Positions 16,968 through 26,980 of a DNA stretch of 64,000 bases are shown here, in pieces. The position numbers and the translations under genes were made by a program. The notes under the pieces were generated by a model. It saw nothing but the letters and a program-made list of their open reading frames with translations. It ran no database searches and had not been told where the DNA came from. Position 1 is the stretch's first letter; the number at the start of each line of letters is the position of its first letter. The stretch comes from Elusimicrobiota bacterium (GTDB lineage: Bacteria; Elusimicrobiota; Elusimicrobia; F11), in the NCBI GenBank assembly GCA_044221725.1, contig JBGAON010000002.1:403000-466999 (forward strand). The letters run 5' to 3'.

Positions 16968-19433
16968 GTGTCACAGTATTCATTCAAAGAAATCGAGTCG
17001 AAATGGCGCGCTATTTGGGATGAGAACAAGTGTAATGAGGCGCCCCAACCCACCGCCGAGCGACCTCCTTATTATATTTTAGTCATGTTCCCGTACCCGT
17101 CTGGAAATCTGCACATGGGCCACGTCCGGAACTACACGATTGGAGATATATTGGCGCGTTTCCACCGGCGCCGCGGCCGCTCGGTTCTTCATCCGATTGG
17201 CTGGGACTCCTTTGGGCTGCCGGCCGAAAATGCTGCCATAAAACGCAAAGTTGACCCGGCCAAATGGACCTGGGACAACATTGCGGTGATGCGTGAGCAG
17301 CTCAAGACTTTATCGATCTCCTATGATTGGGACCGCGAAATTGCCACCTGTCATCCAGATTATTATCGTTGGAATCAATGGATTTTCATAAAAATGTTAG
17401 AAAGAGGATTGGCTTTCCGAAAGAAGGCTCCGGTCAACTGGTGTGATTCATGCAATACCGTGCTGGCCAATGAACAGGTGCACAACGGACGTTGCTGGCG
17501 GTGCGACAATGTCGTTGTCCAAAAGGAGCTTGAGCAGTGGTTTTTTAAGATCTCGGAATACGCCGACGAATTGCTTTCTGGTCACGAGAAGTTAAAGAAG
17601 ACCTCCTCCCAAAAAGGTTGGCCTGAGCAGGTTTTGACGATGCAGCACAACTGGATTGGGAAATCGTGGGGTGCCAACGCCGATTTCAAAACCGACAAAG
17701 GAACGATTCGTGTTTTCACAACGCGTCCCGACACACTGTTCGGTGCAACCTTTCTTGTATTGGCGCCGGAACATCCCCTTGTGAGTTCGTTAACAGCGAT
17801 CGACCGGAAAGCGGCGGTCGAGGCTTACCGTGAATCCACTCGTGGATTAAGCAAAATCGTTCGTACTGCGGAGAATAGAGAAAAAACCGGAGAGTTTACT
17901 GGAAGCTATGCTGAAAACCCTTTTACCGGTGAAAAGGTACCCATATGGATCTCCGATTATGTGCTTACCGATTATGGCACCGGTGCCATTATGGCTGTGC
18001 CGGCGCATGATCAACGCGATTACGATTTTGCTAAGAAATTTGGAATTCCCATTGTGCAGGTCATCAAGCCCGAGTCGGGCGAATCGCCGAGCGACAAAGC
18101 TTTCGAGGCGGACGGCGTACTGATTAACTCCGGTCCCTACAACGGACTGCCCGTAGGCGAAGCACAAAAAAAGATGGCCGCCGATCTCGAAAAGAAGGGT
18201 CTCGGTAAACCGACAATTACTTACAAATTGCGTGATTGGCTGTTGTCACGCCAGCGTTATTGGGGCACGCCCATTCCCGTCATTTATTGTCCGAAAGATG
18301 GCGCTGTCCCAGTGCCCGAAGACAAATTACCGGTTACGTTGCCAACGAACGTGGAATTCACAGGAACCGGAGCGTCTCCATTAACGCAGGTTACCGACTG
18401 GATCAACGTACCGTGCCCAAAATGCGGCGGTCCGGGAAGGCGAGAAACCGATACCATGGATACGTTCGTTGACTCGAGTTGGTATTACGCGCGCTATACT
18501 GACGCGCATAACCAGAAACTTCCGTTCGCCAGGGAAAAGGCCGACCAATGGATCCCGGTTCATCAATATGTTGGCGGCGTTGAGCACGCCACCATGCATC
18601 TCATTTATTCGCGATTTTTCCATAAGGTGTTGCGCGACATGGGTATGTTGTCATCGGACGAGCCGTTCAGCTCCTTGTTGACACAGGGGATGGTGACCTT
18701 GGGCGGCAGCGCGATGTCAAAATCAAAAGGCAACGTTGTCGACCCGAACGACGTGATCAACCGGTACGGGACCGACACCTGTCGCATGTTCATTTTGTTC
18801 GCGGCGCCCCCGACTCAGCAGCTCGAATGGTCCGACAAGCAGATCGAGGGAATTTGGCGTTTCTTGAATCGAGTATGGCGGCTGGCACAGATATTCGTCG
18901 GTTCTGAGGAAGAGAAACAACTAAAGCGAAGCGCGGCGGAATCCGACGAAGAAATGGATATTGATGAGCTGGTGCGTCGCGAGCATCAAACGATTCAGCG
19001 CGTGACACGCGACATCGATGAGGATTTCGGTTTCAACACGGCGATCTCCGCCATTATGGAGCTCGTGAATGCGATTTACGTGTACCCAAACTTGGGGGAT
19101 AGCGTGTCGCGTGATGCGACGTTAACCGTTATTCAATTGCTGCAACCGTTTGCGCCGCATATTGCCGAAGAGTTGTGGCAGAAATTTGGAAATGAAACGC
19201 TTCTTGTCGAGCAACCCTGGCCGATAGCGGATGCCTCCAAATTGGCGGCGGGGCGCGTTGAGATTGTGGTGCAGGTGAACGGAAAGCTGCGCGAAAAATT
19301 GACGCTGGGCCTTAATTTAAAAGAAGCAGACGTGACATCACAGGCGCTTCTGTCGCTCGAAAAAAAGGGAATCAAGGTCGCGCCGAAACGCGTTATCTAT
19401 GTTCCGAATAAATTGGTAAATTTCGTCGGCTAA
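16968..19433 (+). CDS. leuS: leucyl-tRNA synthetase
   Basis: 821 aa; HMGH motif (PYPSGNLHMGHVRNY) and KMSKS motif (AMSKSKGN). Confidence 0.95.
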   Translation: MSQYSFKEIESKWRAIWDENKCNEAPQPTAERPPYYILVMFPYPSGNLHMGHVRNYTIGDILARFHRRRGRSVLHPIGWDSFGLPAENAAIKRKVDPAKWTWDNIAVMREQLKTLSISYDWDREIATCHPDYYRWNQWIFIKMLERGLAFRKKAPVNWCDSCNTVLANEQVHNGRCWRCDNVVVQKELEQWFFKISEYADELLSGHEKLKKTSSQKGWPEQVLTMQHNWIGKSWGANADFKTDKGTIRVFTTRPDTLFGATFLVLAPEHPLVSSLTAIDRKAAVEAYRESTRGLSKIVRTAENREKTGEFTGSYAENPFTGEKVPIWISDYVLTDYGTGAIMAVPAHDQRDYDFAKKFGIPIVQVIKPESGESPSDKAFEADGVLINSGPYNGLPVGEAQKKMAADLEKKGLGKPTITYKLRDWLLSRQRYWGTPIPVIYCPKDGAVPVPEDKLPVTLPTNVEFTGTGASPLTQVTDWINVPCPKCGGPGRRETDTMDTFVDSSWYYARYTDAHNQKLPFAREKADQWIPVHQYVGGVEHATMHLIYSRFFHKVLRDMGMLSSDEPFSSLLTQGMVTLGGSAMSKSKGNVVDPNDVINRYGTDTCRMFILFAAPPTQQLEWSDKQIEGIWRFLNRVWRLAQIFVGSEEEKQLKRSAAESDEEMDIDELVRREHQTIQRVTRDIDEDFGFNTAISAIMELVNAIYVYPNLGDSVSRDATLTVIQLLQPFAPHIAEELWQKFGNETLLVEQPWPIADASKLAAGRVEIVVQVNGKLREKLTLGLNLKEADVTSQALLSLEKKGIKVAPKRVIYVPNKLVNFVG

Positions 19434-19491
19434 TTTGTCGTCCTGGATAAAAGATCTCCAGGGCGACAACTTCAAAGGAGATCATTACAGA

Positions 19492-20109
19492 ATGAAATCG
19501 CGCAAGGCGTATATCCCGTTTGTTGTTGCCTTTTCTGTTTATTTAACCGGTTGTCAAGGAACACAGTCGGAATACGTCCCACCAGCGATCATTCTCCCGC
19601 CAAGCATCAAAGCGATCTCCGTTCGACCATTCGAAAACGAAACGTCACAAACGGGTATTGGCAATAAATTGTGGCTCGCCACCACCGATGAATTTATTCG
19701 CGACGGCCGTATCGCGTATGTCGACAAAGAGGACAAAGCGGATGGCGTCGTCATCGGAACCATTAAGCAATACCGCGAAACCGAACTCAGTCACGATGCG
19801 AACCTCGTGCCCCTCGAGTACCAGCTTTGGATTGTGATGGATCTGAAATTCCTTGATAAAAAGAACAACCAATATCTGTGGGAAGAGCCGCTGCTCGAAC
19901 AAAAACTGCGCTATTTCACCGAAACACAACCCGGCGGAAAAACACAAGAAGAAGCGCGTGAAGAGCTCTGGGATCGCTTCGCCACGGACATTGTTCGTCG
20001 CACGGTCGAAGGTTTTGGAACCGTTACCAGTTCTTCGCCACGCGCGGTGCCAAAGGAACAATCGCCGGACAATCCGCCGCCAGCTTACCCGAGCACCGCT
20101 CCTTATTAA
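19492..20109 (+). CDS. lptE: lipoprotein, probable LPS-assembly lipoprotein LptE
   Basis: Start set at the ATG after AAAGGAG, giving MKSRKAYIPFVVAFSVYLTGC with a lipobox. The identity call rests on the conserved leuS-lptE-holA order, not on sequence motifs. Confidence 0.5.
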   Translation: MKSRKAYIPFVVAFSVYLTGCQGTQSEYVPPAIILPPSIKAISVRPFENETSQTGIGNKLWLATTDEFIRDGRIAYVDKEDKADGVVIGTIKQYRETELSHDANLVPLEYQLWIVMDLKFLDKKNNQYLWEEPLLEQKLRYFTETQPGGKTQEEAREELWDRFATDIVRRTVEGFGTVTSSSPRAVPKEQSPDNPPPAYPSTAPY

Positions 20110-20112
20110 TCC

Positions 20113-21147
20113 GTGCCCGTCATTAAGTCCGATCAGCTCGAATCTTCCATTCGCAGTGGAAAGATCGGAACTCTCTATTTGTTCGATGGACCGGAAAACT
20201 GGCTCAAAGACCGGGCCGTCCAGCAAATAATAAAGAAACTGGTTCCTGACGAGGCAAAAGATTTCAATCTTGAACGCTTCGATGGGAACAGTTGCACCGG
20301 CGCGCAAATTGTAAATGCCGCGCAAAGCCTGCCGTTTCTTGGTGATCGGCGGGTGGTGATCGTTCAAGCGACCGAAGAATTAGCCGTCGCTGATGCGCGT
20401 GCGGTTGCCGAAACACTTTCGAATCTTCCCGAATCGACTTGTTTGGTTTTTCTCAATGATGGGAAAGCCAATATCCGCGATGAAATTCCGGCACAAGTCA
20501 CCTCGATCGGATCCATCGTCACGTTCTGGACTCCGTTCCCAAATCAAATGCCGGCATGGGTCACCAGCGAAGCGAAGTTGCGCGGGAAAACAATCTCCTA
20601 CGAAGCCGCAATGATGGTCGCCGAGCACTGCACGGACCTTCAACAGATAGCAAACGAGCTGGACAAACTTTGTCTCTATGTGGGATCGAAAACCACAATT
20701 GATGGAACAGACGTCCGGGCCCATGGATTTCCGGATGAGGAAGGCGATACGAAGCAGCTTGAGGAAGCGTTATGGACGCGGAATCTTGGTGAAGCGCTTC
20801 TGCAGGGACGGTTGCTATCCGAGGTTGGCGTGCGGGGAGAATCTATATTTCCGATTTGCGAGCGCGTGTTCCGAACGTTGCTGCTGGCTCACTGTTATCA
20901 ATCAGAAAAGAAAATGGGCTTGGAGCAAATCTACGCGGCATTTAACATGCGCGGAAAAACACAGCAAGCCAATTTCCTGAAAGGATTTAAGTCTTATAAA
21001 CCGGTGGAACTGCGCTCAGCGATCGAAAAAATCCTTCAGGCGGATTTTGATTTGAAGACGGGGCGGCTGCCGAGTGAGATGGCCGTGTCGATTCTGCTGA
21101 TGAATTTATGTGGCCCGTCGGCCAGCGGATTAGCTCTTGCTCGATAA
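20113..21147 (+). CDS. holA: DNA polymerase III delta subunit
   Basis: 344 aa; N-terminal LYLFDGPENWLKDRAVQQI pattern; conserved position after leuS-lptE. Confidence 0.8.
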   Translation: MPVIKSDQLESSIRSGKIGTLYLFDGPENWLKDRAVQQIIKKLVPDEAKDFNLERFDGNSCTGAQIVNAAQSLPFLGDRRVVIVQATEELAVADARAVAETLSNLPESTCLVFLNDGKANIRDEIPAQVTSIGSIVTFWTPFPNQMPAWVTSEAKLRGKTISYEAAMMVAEHCTDLQQIANELDKLCLYVGSKTTIDGTDVRAHGFPDEEGDTKQLEEALWTRNLGEALLQGRLLSEVGVRGESIFPICERVFRTLLLAHCYQSEKKMGLEQIYAAFNMRGKTQQANFLKGFKSYKPVELRSAIEKILQADFDLKTGRLPSEMAVSILLMNLCGPSASGLALAR

Positions 21148-21417
21148 GGCGGCGATCTTCGAGGCGAGGCTTCCAATTTTTCGCGACGCGGCGCTCTTGT
21201 TGAAGATGCCGGTTTTCGCGGCTTTCTGCCAAGCAGATTGAGCAACTTTAAAACTGTTTTTTGCGGCATCAATATTTTTCGCTTCGATGTCTTTCAAAAC
21301 ACGAGCGGTGAGGGTGCGGACGCGGCTGCGGACTTGATAGTTAAAGGCTTTGTGAGCCAGAGATTTTCTGTGTGCTTTCAGCGCCGATGCGTGCCGCTTG
21401 CTTTTACCTTTTGCCAT
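21130..21417 (-). CDS. rpsT: 30S ribosomal protein S20
   Basis: 95-aa basic helical protein (MAKGKSKRHASALKAHRKS...); convergent with holA and overlapping it by 18 nt. Confidence 0.85.
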   Translation of the reverse strand: MAKGKSKRHASALKAHRKSLAHKAFNYQVRSRVRTLTARVLKDIEAKNIDAAKNSFKVAQSAWQKAAKTGIFNKSAASRKIGSLASKIAALSSKS

Positions 21418-21460
21418 AAAACGTGAGACTCCTTTAAGTGATAGTTTGAGGATGGTAGCA

Positions 21461-23062
21461 ATGAACTCTCGAGAGAATCAAGCCAATTCTAGTAACGCCC
21501 GTGCCGCGGGAGCGACCGCCGGTCGGGCCCAGTTCGGTCGACACCTTGGCGCTTTCGCGTCCGCAACGCTCATTTCGCGTATCCTCGGCTACGCGCGCGA
21601 TTCTCTTGTCGCTGCTTATTTTGGGGGCGGCTATCAAACCGATGCTTTTTACGCGGCCTTTAAGATTCCCAACTTGTTGCGCCGATTCCTGGGAGAGGGC
21701 TCGCTAACCTCGGCGTTTGTGCCCGTTTTCACAGAGACTTTGCACACAAAGGGGGAAGAAGAAGCTAGGAAACTCTTCGACGCACTGGTCTCCGGCCTTA
21801 TGGTGGTTCTCACGATCATCGTGATTGCAGGAATCGTGTTTGCGCCCCAAGTTACGCAGATTGTTTCGTGGGGATTTGTTCGTGATCCGGAAAAGTTTGC
21901 GCTCACCACGCAGCTCACGCGACTCACGTTTCCGTTTCTGCTTCTGATTTGTCTGGCCGCGCTGGTGACCGCGGTTCTTAATTCCTGCGGCGATTTCTTC
22001 GTTCCGGCGGTCGCGCCGTCCGGTTTGTCCATCGGCGAGATCGCGTTCATTTTGTTTATCGCTTCGCGAATGCAATCGCCCATACAAGGACTGGCCATCA
22101 GCGCGGTGATTGGCGTCGGTATCCATTTGGTGTGGCAGCTGCCAAACTTGTATCGCCACGGGTACCACCTGAAATTCGTGAAACCGTTTGCTCACCCGCA
22201 AGTAAAAACGGTGCTGTTGCTCATGGGGCCGACCATTATTGGGTTGTGTGCGGATCAAGTGAATTCGTTTGTGGATCAGTTTTGCGCCAGTTTTTTGAAA
22301 GACGGTTCAATTACCGCGCTTTATAATTCCAATCGGGTGATGCAGTTGCCGCTCGCTCTGTTTGGCGTGGCGGTTTCCAGTGTGGCGCTTCCGGCGCTCT
22401 CGCGCACCGCGAGTCAGAAAGACATGAAGGGATTTAAGGAGCTGCTGAGCTATTCGTTGCGCATTGCAAATTACGTGCTGATTCCATCGTTCATTGGGCT
22501 TGCGGTTCTGGGGTATCCAATTGTGCAATTGCTGTTTCAACACGGAAAGTTTTTGCCCGAGTATTCTTGGATGACATACATAGCGATGGTGGGATTTTCG
22601 ATCGGTTTGCCCGCGTACTCGGCCGCGAAAATTTTGGCCACCGGCTTTTACGCACAGAAGAACACGAAAACGCCGGTTCGTGTTGCCTTTCAAGCGATGA
22701 CGGTGAACGCGGTTCTCGATGTCGCTCTTATGTGGAAATGGACCGTCGGTGGGCTCGCGTTCGCCACGTCCGCGGCGGCGTGGTATCAAGCTGTCGTGCT
22801 TTTCTATCTGCTTAAAAAACAAATCGGTTTGCTCGGTGGTCGCGAAATCCTGAAAAGCTTTGCATTTGGCTTGTTGGCGGGGATTGCGATGGGCGCTGTC
22901 TGTTGGTTTCTTTACTTCATCGCCCTCGTGAAACTTCATTTGATGTTGCGTGTTCTCGTTTCCATCAGCGTCGGAACGTTTTTTTACTTTCAATTATCAA
23001 AGTGGTTAAAAATTGAAGAATACGACCACTTTATGGATGCTCTTCTTCGACGAAAGATTTAG
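21461..23062 (+). CDS. murJ: lipid II flippase MurJ (MviN)
   Basis: Polytopic; FGRHLGAFASATLISRILGYARDSLVAAYFG...DAFYAAFKIPN is the MurJ N-terminal signature. Start placed at the ATG 5 nt after gaggatgg rather than the longer ORF that overlaps rpsT. Confidence 0.85.
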   Translation: MNSRENQANSSNARAAGATAGRAQFGRHLGAFASATLISRILGYARDSLVAAYFGGGYQTDAFYAAFKIPNLLRRFLGEGSLTSAFVPVFTETLHTKGEEEARKLFDALVSGLMVVLTIIVIAGIVFAPQVTQIVSWGFVRDPEKFALTTQLTRLTFPFLLLICLAALVTAVLNSCGDFFVPAVAPSGLSIGEIAFILFIASRMQSPIQGLAISAVIGVGIHLVWQLPNLYRHGYHLKFVKPFAHPQVKTVLLLMGPTIIGLCADQVNSFVDQFCASFLKDGSITALYNSNRVMQLPLALFGVAVSSVALPALSRTASQKDMKGFKELLSYSLRIANYVLIPSFIGLAVLGYPIVQLLFQHGKFLPEYSWMTYIAMVGFSIGLPAYSAAKILATGFYAQKNTKTPVRVAFQAMTVNAVLDVALMWKWTVGGLAFATSAAAWYQAVVLFYLLKKQIGLLGGREILKSFAFGLLAGIAMGAVCWFLYFIALVKLHLMLRVLVSISVGTFFYFQLSKWLKIEEYDHFMDALLRRKI

Positions 23063-23093
23063 TCTGTAGCGGCCGCACCAGAGATTTTTATTT

Positions 23094-24407
23094 ATGAGTG
23101 ATTCGTTCTCGTTCTTGCCCAATCTTCCGCATTCGCCCGGCGTTTATCTTATGCGCGACAATACCGGTGGCATTATTTATATCGGCAAGGCGCGCGATTT
23201 AAAAAAACGAGTGAGCAATTATTTCGCAGCAGGACGTCCACACGATCACAAGACGCTCATTCTTGTATCCGAAGTTCGCCACGTCGATTACGTGCCAACC
23301 GCGAGCGAGCGCGAAGCATTTCTGCTGGAACAACGCTTGATCAAACGGCACAAGCCAATTTTTAACGTGATGTGGAAGGACGACAAGTCCTACCCGTATG
23401 TGGTGGTAACCACGCAAGAGGATTTCCCACGCGCCTATCTAACGCGCCGAAAAAAGAAAGATGGGGCTTCTTATTTCGGCCCCTACCCGAACGTCGGTCA
23501 AGTGCGGTCGCTGTTGCGATGGACGTGGCGAAAAAAGATTCTCGCCCTGCGACCATGCCGCTTCGAAATTAAAGAAGGGGAAGTGCTGCCTTACAAAAAA
23601 GTGAAATCGTGTCTTTATTTGCACACGAGTCAATGTTCGGCTCCTTGCATTGGAAAAATTTCGAGCAAGGAATACGGCAAGATCGTGGACCGCGCTCGTT
23701 GGTTTTTTGGAGGCGAAAAAGAAAAACTCGCGGCCGAGTGGGAAGTCGAAATGAAAAAGCTTTCCAGCGAAGATCGGTTTGAAGCCGCGGCCGCGTTGCG
23801 CGATCAAATCGAAACGCTTCGCCACATGAACGAACGCATCACGTACCGCGAAATGAGCGAAGATATGTTGGGGGAGCGCGTGCGCGAAAGTCGCGCCGTT
23901 CAAGATCTCATGAAAGCGTTGAACCTGAAAAAGCCACCGCAACGAATCGAATGTTTCGATATTTCTCACATCCAAGGGACGGAAAAAGTGGCCTCCATGG
24001 TGTCGTTCGATCACGGTCGACCCGACAAGTCACAGTACCGCAAATATATTATTCGCACTGTTGAAGGAATTGATGATTTTAAGGCAATGGCCGAGGTGGT
24101 TGGGCGCCGGTATCGTCGATTGAAAAACGAAAATAAACCGTTCCCGGATTTGGTGTTGATTGACGGAGGGAAGGGACAATTGTCGTCGGCTCTTGCCGCC
24201 ATCGCGGAACTAAAGATTTCAGGGCTCGCCGTCGCTGCGCTTGCAAAAGAAGAAGAGGAAATTTTTTTACCGGGTTCGAGCGAATCAATTCGCTTGCCGG
24301 ATTATTCGGCGGCGCTTCTTTTGTTGCGACACGTGCGTGATGAGGCGCATCGCTTCGCGATAACTTTCCATCGCCAGCGTCGTCAGAAAAGGACTTTTTT
24401 GGTGTAG
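23094..24407 (+). CDS. UvrC-family excinuclease lacking the C-terminal (HhH)2 domain
   Basis: 437 aa; GIY-YIG (GVYLMRDNTGGIIYIGKARDLKKRVSNYF), YFGPYP, Cys-rich block, UvrB-interacting region, RNase-H-like endonuclease domain (IECFDISHIQG...LIDGGKGQL...HVRDEAHRFAI). The protein ends about 12 residues after the nuclease domain. Confidence 0.8.
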   Translation: MSDSFSFLPNLPHSPGVYLMRDNTGGIIYIGKARDLKKRVSNYFAAGRPHDHKTLILVSEVRHVDYVPTASEREAFLLEQRLIKRHKPIFNVMWKDDKSYPYVVVTTQEDFPRAYLTRRKKKDGASYFGPYPNVGQVRSLLRWTWRKKILALRPCRFEIKEGEVLPYKKVKSCLYLHTSQCSAPCIGKISSKEYGKIVDRARWFFGGEKEKLAAEWEVEMKKLSSEDRFEAAAALRDQIETLRHMNERITYREMSEDMLGERVRESRAVQDLMKALNLKKPPQRIECFDISHIQGTEKVASMVSFDHGRPDKSQYRKYIIRTVEGIDDFKAMAEVVGRRYRRLKNENKPFPDLVLIDGGKGQLSSALAAIAELKISGLAVAALAKEEEEIFLPGSSESIRLPDYSAALLLLRHVRDEAHRFAITFHRQRRQKRTFLV

Positions 24408-24418
24408 AATCTTTCGCG

Positions 24419-24721
24419 ATGATCCCTAACGCTATTCGTACGAAGATGAAGCAGTACCCCGCGTTTCAACAAAAGGTTTGGACCGCCTGCGCCGAAATTC
24501 CTTCCGGACAAATCCGCACCTATCGATGGATCGCCGAGAAAATTGGAAGCCCGAAAGCCGCGCGCGCGGTGGGTTCGGCTCTTGGTAAAAATCCCTTTGC
24601 TCCCATTATTCCTTGTCATCGCGTTTTGCGATCCGACGGTGGAATGGGCGGTTATTCCGGTGATGGTGGAATAACGAAAAAGATTCAGTTGCTCAAGAGA
24701 GAAGGCGCGCTTCGAAAGTAA
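24419..24721 (+). CDS. ogt: stand-alone methylated-DNA-protein-cysteine methyltransferase C-terminal domain (active-site Cys retained)
   Basis: 100 aa; PSGQIRTYRWIAEKIG, ARAVGSALGKNP, PCHRV motifs as in the Ogt/Ada C-domain; starts 12 nt after the uvrC-like gene. Confidence 0.8.
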   Translation: MIPNAIRTKMKQYPAFQQKVWTACAEIPSGQIRTYRWIAEKIGSPKAARAVGSALGKNPFAPIIPCHRVLRSDGGMGGYSGDGGITKKIQLLKREGALRK

Positions 24722-24851
24722 TCTTTCCTCTTGAATCGCTTTGTTTTCCTGAACATATTTTCAGTATCAGAGTCGTGCTGCAAAAGGGGTTGGGTGGCCT
24801 AACCACCCGGACGTAACCCTTCCCAACAGCATCAAAAGGTAGGTAACAGCC

Positions 24852-25055
24852 TTGCGAGGAAAAGTAAAGTGGTTCAACAATCAGAAAGGTTATGGCTTCA
24901 TTACACGGGACGACGGTTCCGGTGATGTGTTTGTGCATTATTCGGCGGTTCAAGGGCAGGGTTTCAAGTCCTTGGTCGAAGGGGATAGTGTCGAGTTCGA
25001 AGTGGTTGACTCCGACAAGGGGCCAAAGGCAGCGAACGTAAACAAAGTCAGCTAA
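24852..25055 (+). CDS. cold-shock protein (CspA family)
   Basis: 67 aa; [12 protein letters not shown] (RNP1) and VFVHYSAV (RNP2); about 130-nt structured 5' leader. Confidence 0.9.
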   Translation: MRGKVKWFNNQKGYGFITRDDGSGDVFVHYSAVQGQGFKSLVEGDSVEFEVVDSDKGPKAANVNKVS

Positions 25056-25082
25056 CTCCTCCTGATACTTGATATATCAAGA

Positions 25083-25130
25083 CAAAGCCTTTCTCTCACG
25101 AAAGTGGGGGGAGGGCTTTGTTGTTTCCGT
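25083..25130 (+). terminator. candidate intrinsic terminator after the csp gene
   Basis: GC-rich stem (aaagcctttctctc ... gggggagggcttt, with G-U pairs) followed by a T-rich tract (ttgtt gttt). Confidence 0.35.
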
Positions 25131-25171
25131 CGATATGCGAACCCTGAATCACACCGTTCGTAAGAAAGAAA

Positions 25172-25618
25172 ATGGTACGTGGTCGAACCTTATACGCATT
25201 GATTTTCATCACTGTCGTTTCTTTCGTTTTCAGTGGTTGCGCGGCTATTCCGATTTCATTGGCAATGCAGGGCGCGGCGGACGCCGGAATGGAATTGGCA
25301 AGCCGGGATTCTCGTTCTTTTACCCACACGAAAGCACAGGTAAAAGCCGCCACGCTGGAAGCTCTGGAGCGCATGCAAATTTCCGTGGCTCGGCAGACTG
25401 AAAAAAAAGAAAGTGAAAAAATAATCGGAAAGACAAAGAAGCTAAGCATTACCATCATACTCGCAGCAATTACACCGAAGTTGACAAAGGTCTCGGTCCG
25501 CGCAAAAAGAAATTGGTTTTCAAGGGACGAAACCGTTTCAGCCGAAATATTGGTTCAGATCAATCGAATTCTGCGCCGCGAATTTGATCCTTCTCCCCGC
25601 ACTCCAGCTGGAGCTTGA
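25172..25618 (+). CDS. hypothetical lipoprotein
   Basis: 148 aa; signal peptide with lipobox FSGC; no recognizable catalytic motif. Confidence 0.4.
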   Translation: MVRGRTLYALIFITVVSFVFSGCAAIPISLAMQGAADAGMELASRDSRSFTHTKAQVKAATLEALERMQISVARQTEKKESEKIIGKTKKLSITIILAAITPKLTKVSVRAKRNWFSRDETVSAEILVQINRILRREFDPSPRTPAGA

Positions 25619-25631
25619 TTTTAAAAAGCAT

Positions 25632-26765
25632 TTAAATAGCGCCGCGTGCCTCGATGCGTTCAGCAATGTGATCCGCTATAACTTCTGAAAACGAGCCTGA
25701 ATAATGGTTGTAATCGACGTATAGCGGTTCCCTTCGTTCCCGTTGAATGTCTCCCAACCAAAGGAAATTTCTTCTCGCCGCCGTGCTTTTTCTTCGGCGC
25801 GCCATTTCGGAGTAAACATACTTCGCATAACGAAACGATTGTGGGTGCTGAGGAAAAAACAGGTGGTAGCTTGTGTCATAGTGGTAATTCGGAACAGGTT
25901 GCCACACAAATAGCGGTGAAACACCAAAACCACGAGACAATAACTCAATCATTTTCGCGTTTTTCTCATAACGATCGATCATATGGTTCACGATTTCCAG
26001 ATCGTTGAAAGATGCTTCGCTCCGACCATCATTGGGTTCGGTGGGGTCATCCTTTTTCATCGAATAAACCAATCGAGAAATCGGCAGTCGTTGCAACAAA
26101 ATGACGGCCAGTCGCGTGGGCTTAAGCCAAAATCCTGAAACGAAATCTTTGAAGATCGAAGAAACGCCCGTTTCGTTTGCGACGTAAAAAGAGTCATTCA
26201 TTCCATCAATAAAGATTGCGACGTCCGGAACAAAACCTGCGAGAAGATGCCGTTCAAACAAGATTCGTTCCTGCGACGAGTAATAATATGCACGGCCGAA
26301 ATTATAAACGCACACGGATTTCTTTAGCCGATTCGACAGTCGTGTCTGAAGATGCGAAGCGATGGTCGCTTTGTCCTCGACACCATACCCAAACGAAGTG
26401 GATCCGCCGTAAAGAAAGACATTGATATTATCTCGTGATGGCGGCCACGGTCCTTGGGGCACTGTCTTTCGGAAACCAATTTCGTCCACATTTACAAACA
26501 CGCCGGATCGAGGCGCATCTCTAAACTCGGTGAAAGGATCGTAGGTGATATTTTTGGACCAGGTTTCTCGCAGGAGCTGTTTGATTTCGGCTTCCCCGAG
26601 GCGCGGATATACTTTCAATAATTTTGAATTGTAGCGATGGGAGAACGGAACCGGTTCTTTATCCGCGAGAAAAAAGACAACCCCGTTAATTAAAACGAAG
26701 AACAGTATCGTCCCAATGCAGAACTGACTAAATACAGCGAAAGCTTTTTTAAAGTGTTGGGTCAC
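25632..26765 (-). CDS. membrane-anchored SGNH/GDSL-like hydrolase family protein
   Basis: 377 aa; N-terminal TM helix, FLYGGSTSFGYG block resembling SGNH block I; family assignment is tentative. Confidence 0.4.
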   Translation of the reverse strand: MTQHFKKAFAVFSQFCIGTILFFVLINGVVFFLADKEPVPFSHRYNSKLLKVYPRLGEAEIKQLLRETWSKNITYDPFTEFRDAPRSGVFVNVDEIGFRKTVPQGPWPPSRDNINVFLYGGSTSFGYGVEDKATIASHLQTRLSNRLKKSVCVYNFGRAYYYSSQERILFERHLLAGFVPDVAIFIDGMNDSFYVANETGVSSIFKDFVSGFWLKPTRLAVILLQRLPISRLVYSMKKDDPTEPNDGRSEASFNDLEIVNHMIDRYEKNAKMIELLSRGFGVSPLFVWQPVPNYHYDTSYHLFFPQHPQSFRYAKYVYSEMARRRKSTAARRNFLWLGDIQRERREPLYVDYNHYSGSFSEVIADHIAERIEARGAI

Positions 26766-26908
26766 GCCGAAGGTTCACCTTTTTCATTCGTTCCATTGTA
26801 GCGATCCAGATTCAGATGGAAAAGGCCGCGCATCTCGTCGCGTGCCCGGCAAATGGGACGTCTTCGGTCCTACAGGCACTCTTTGTCCAACAACGCACGA
26901 TAAGAGGA

Positions 26909-26980
26909 CTCCCCGAGCTAGACTCGAACTAGCAACCCTCCCGTTAACAGCGGGATGCTCCACCATTGAGCTATCGGGGA
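26909..26980 (-). tRNA. tRNA-Asn (anticodon GTT)
   Basis: Minus-strand 72-nt cloverleaf: acceptor tccccga/tcgggga, D-arm gctc-aatggtg-gagc, anticodon stem tcccg/cggga with loop ctGTTaa, T-arm gctag-ttcgagt-ctagc, discriminator G. No encoded CCA. Confidence 0.8.

Noticed and set aside
19435-19491. Upstream extension of the lptE-like ORF and of murJ (21398-21460)
   Set aside because: Internal ATGs preceded by Shine-Dalgarno-like sequences give a proper lipoprotein signal peptide (lptE) and avoid overlap with divergent rpsT (murJ).
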